A stretch of DNA of 64,000 nt from assembly GCF_009914755.1 (NCBI RefSeq), contig NC_060933.1; one strand, written 5' to 3'. Position numbers and translations under genes: made by a program. How positions within the stretch are numbered: the first letter of the stretch is position 1; each line of letters opens with the position of its first letter. Below are positions 62,030 to 64,000 of this stretch, piece after piece. The DNA is from the human T2T-CHM13v2.0 reference genome, Homo sapiens. The notes under the pieces were generated by a model. It saw only the letters and a list, made by a program, of their open reading frames with translations, had not been told where the DNA came from and did not search any database.

Positions 62030-62539
62030 TCTATTATTTTCCTATGCTGCTGTAACAAATTGCCACAAAATGGGTAGCTTAAAGCAACACAGACTTTTTC
62101 TGTTATAGTTCTGAAGGTCAAAAATTCATAAACAGTATCAGTGGTCTAAAACCAAGGTGTGATCAGCACCCTATTTTTTCCAGAGAACTCAGGGGAGAGT
62201 AATTCTAGAAATTATTCCAGAAACGCAGCTTCTAGAACTACATTTCTTGTCTCAAAGGCCCCTTCTTCTATCTTCAAAGATAGCAGCGTATAATTTTCAA
62301 ATATTTCTCCACTTCCATGATCACATAACCTAGATTCTATGTCAAATCTCCCTCTCCATCACTCTTATAAGGACACTTAAGATTGCATTTAGAGCCCACC
62401 AAGATAATTCATGATAATCTTCCATCACAAAATTCTTCACTTATTCACATCTGCAAGTCTCTTTGCCATAAAGGTTACATTTACAGGTACTAAGGATTAA
62501 GACCTGACATCTCTTGAGGCCATTATTCAGCCTAACACA
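62030..62539 (-). mobile_element. MLT1C-like MaLR LTR within an old L1M
   Basis: 'gctgctgtaacaaattgccacaaa...ctcttataaggac...ggccattattcagcctaacaca'. Confidence 0.78.
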
Positions 62540-62893
62540 GATGTCCTCTCTTGCTGCTTGTTTTACACATTGTACTTTTCTTAATACTTTTGAGAAAGTT
62601 TGCTCTAAAGAAGAAAAAAAAGTAGTTCTATATTTGTGAGACGTAGACTGAGGAGAATGACTATTTTTCTAATGTGATATATAAAAGCACATTTATGTGA
62701 CAATAGCAATAATAGAGAAGATAAATGAAAGTTATGCAGAAGGGAGAAGATTTGACAATAGCAAGCATGAAAGTCCTGCAGGAGAAAAGTTTGGATGGGA
62801 TACTGAATAAAATTGTAATATTACTTTTTGATGCATACGTTCACACCATTTTTTCACAATGCTTCCTAGATTTCTCTGTATTTCTTTCCCATC

Positions 62894-63113
62894 TATATAT
62901 ATATATACACATATATGCATATATATATACACATATATATACACACATATATATACACACACATATATATACACACATATATACACACATATATATATAC
63001 ACATATATACACATATATACACACATATATATACACACATATATATACACACACACACATATATATATACACACACATATATACACACATATATATATAC
63101 ACACACTATATAT

Positions 63114-63158
<45 letters not shown>

Positions 63159-63164
63159 CACACA
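62894..63164. repeat. Compound (TA)n/(CA)n microsatellite, ~270 bp
   Basis: Visible in the sequence; explains the overlapping Y/I/H/T and C/V/Y ORFs. Confidence 0.95.
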
Positions 63165-63285
63165 TTTTGACTGAAAATGATTGACTGGGATGAAAGAAAA
63201 TGAGAAAGAAAAACGGAACAAGGAATTCTCAATTATATAAATAGAATATTATAATTAGTAAACCATGAATAAAAGAAGGCATATG

Positions 63286-63651
<366 letters not shown>

Positions 63652-64000
63652 CTACTTCTGGAATTTCCACCATAAGGAAATAATAATGATGTAGGGGTTC
63701 ACTTGAAGGACAGAACTTGTACTTGGTTACTTATGTACACAATCTCTGCCTTACTCGCTTTTGGTAGATCGTATTGTGTCATTTCAATGTGGCCATTATT
63801 GTCTTTTATGAACATATACAACAAAGTAATATACCTTTACATAATGTCTACATCTCTACTGTAATTTAAAATTTAATGGCTCAAAAATGCTAAATTACAA
63901 AATAGAGGAAGATGTGTGTTAAATGCAGATTAATATAATTTAAATAATATTATATATGATAAGGGTTTGTAAAACTTAACCATTAAGATGGATAGATGAG

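Noticed and set aside
62725-63232. Six overlapping ORFs of 69-166 aa rich in Y/I/H/T or C/V/Y
   Set aside because: They are translations of the TA/CA microsatellite, which lacks stop codons
63273-63285. 'agaaggcata' target shared with the AluY at 2163
   Set aside because: A short purine-rich endonuclease-type target; wider flanks are unrelated, so it is not a duplication

Overview
This is AT-rich human genomic DNA, either gene-desert or deep-intronic. The human assignment rests on AluYb8, AluYa-lineage, pre-Ta L1HS and SVA_E-like insertions. No intact cellular protein-coding gene, RNA gene or CpG island is supported. Roughly half or more of the window is transposon-derived: 13 Alu/FLAM elements, L1s from L1M to L1HS, L2/MIR, MaLR/ERVL/ERV1 solo LTRs and hAT/Tigger DNA transposon fossils. 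It also holds a 3'-truncated RPL7A processed pseudogene and several microsatellites. The only long ORF (57842-59713) is the RT/C-terminal part of a 5'-truncated L1PA3-like ORF2. The most interesting signals are retrotransposition-mechanism fossils readable directly from the sequence: (1) an SVA with both a twin-priming inversion and an LTR-derived 3' transduction; (2) an old L1 3' transduction that carried L2 and LTR fragments into a Tigger4; (3) a pre-Ta L1HS with a ~6-11 nt micro-inversion; (4) four very young insertions within ~43 kb. A few + strand candidate non-coding exons are noted at low confidence. I found no evidence of a wholly new biological system. Repeat subfamily names come from remembered consensus motifs and need RepeatMasker/Dfam confirmation.
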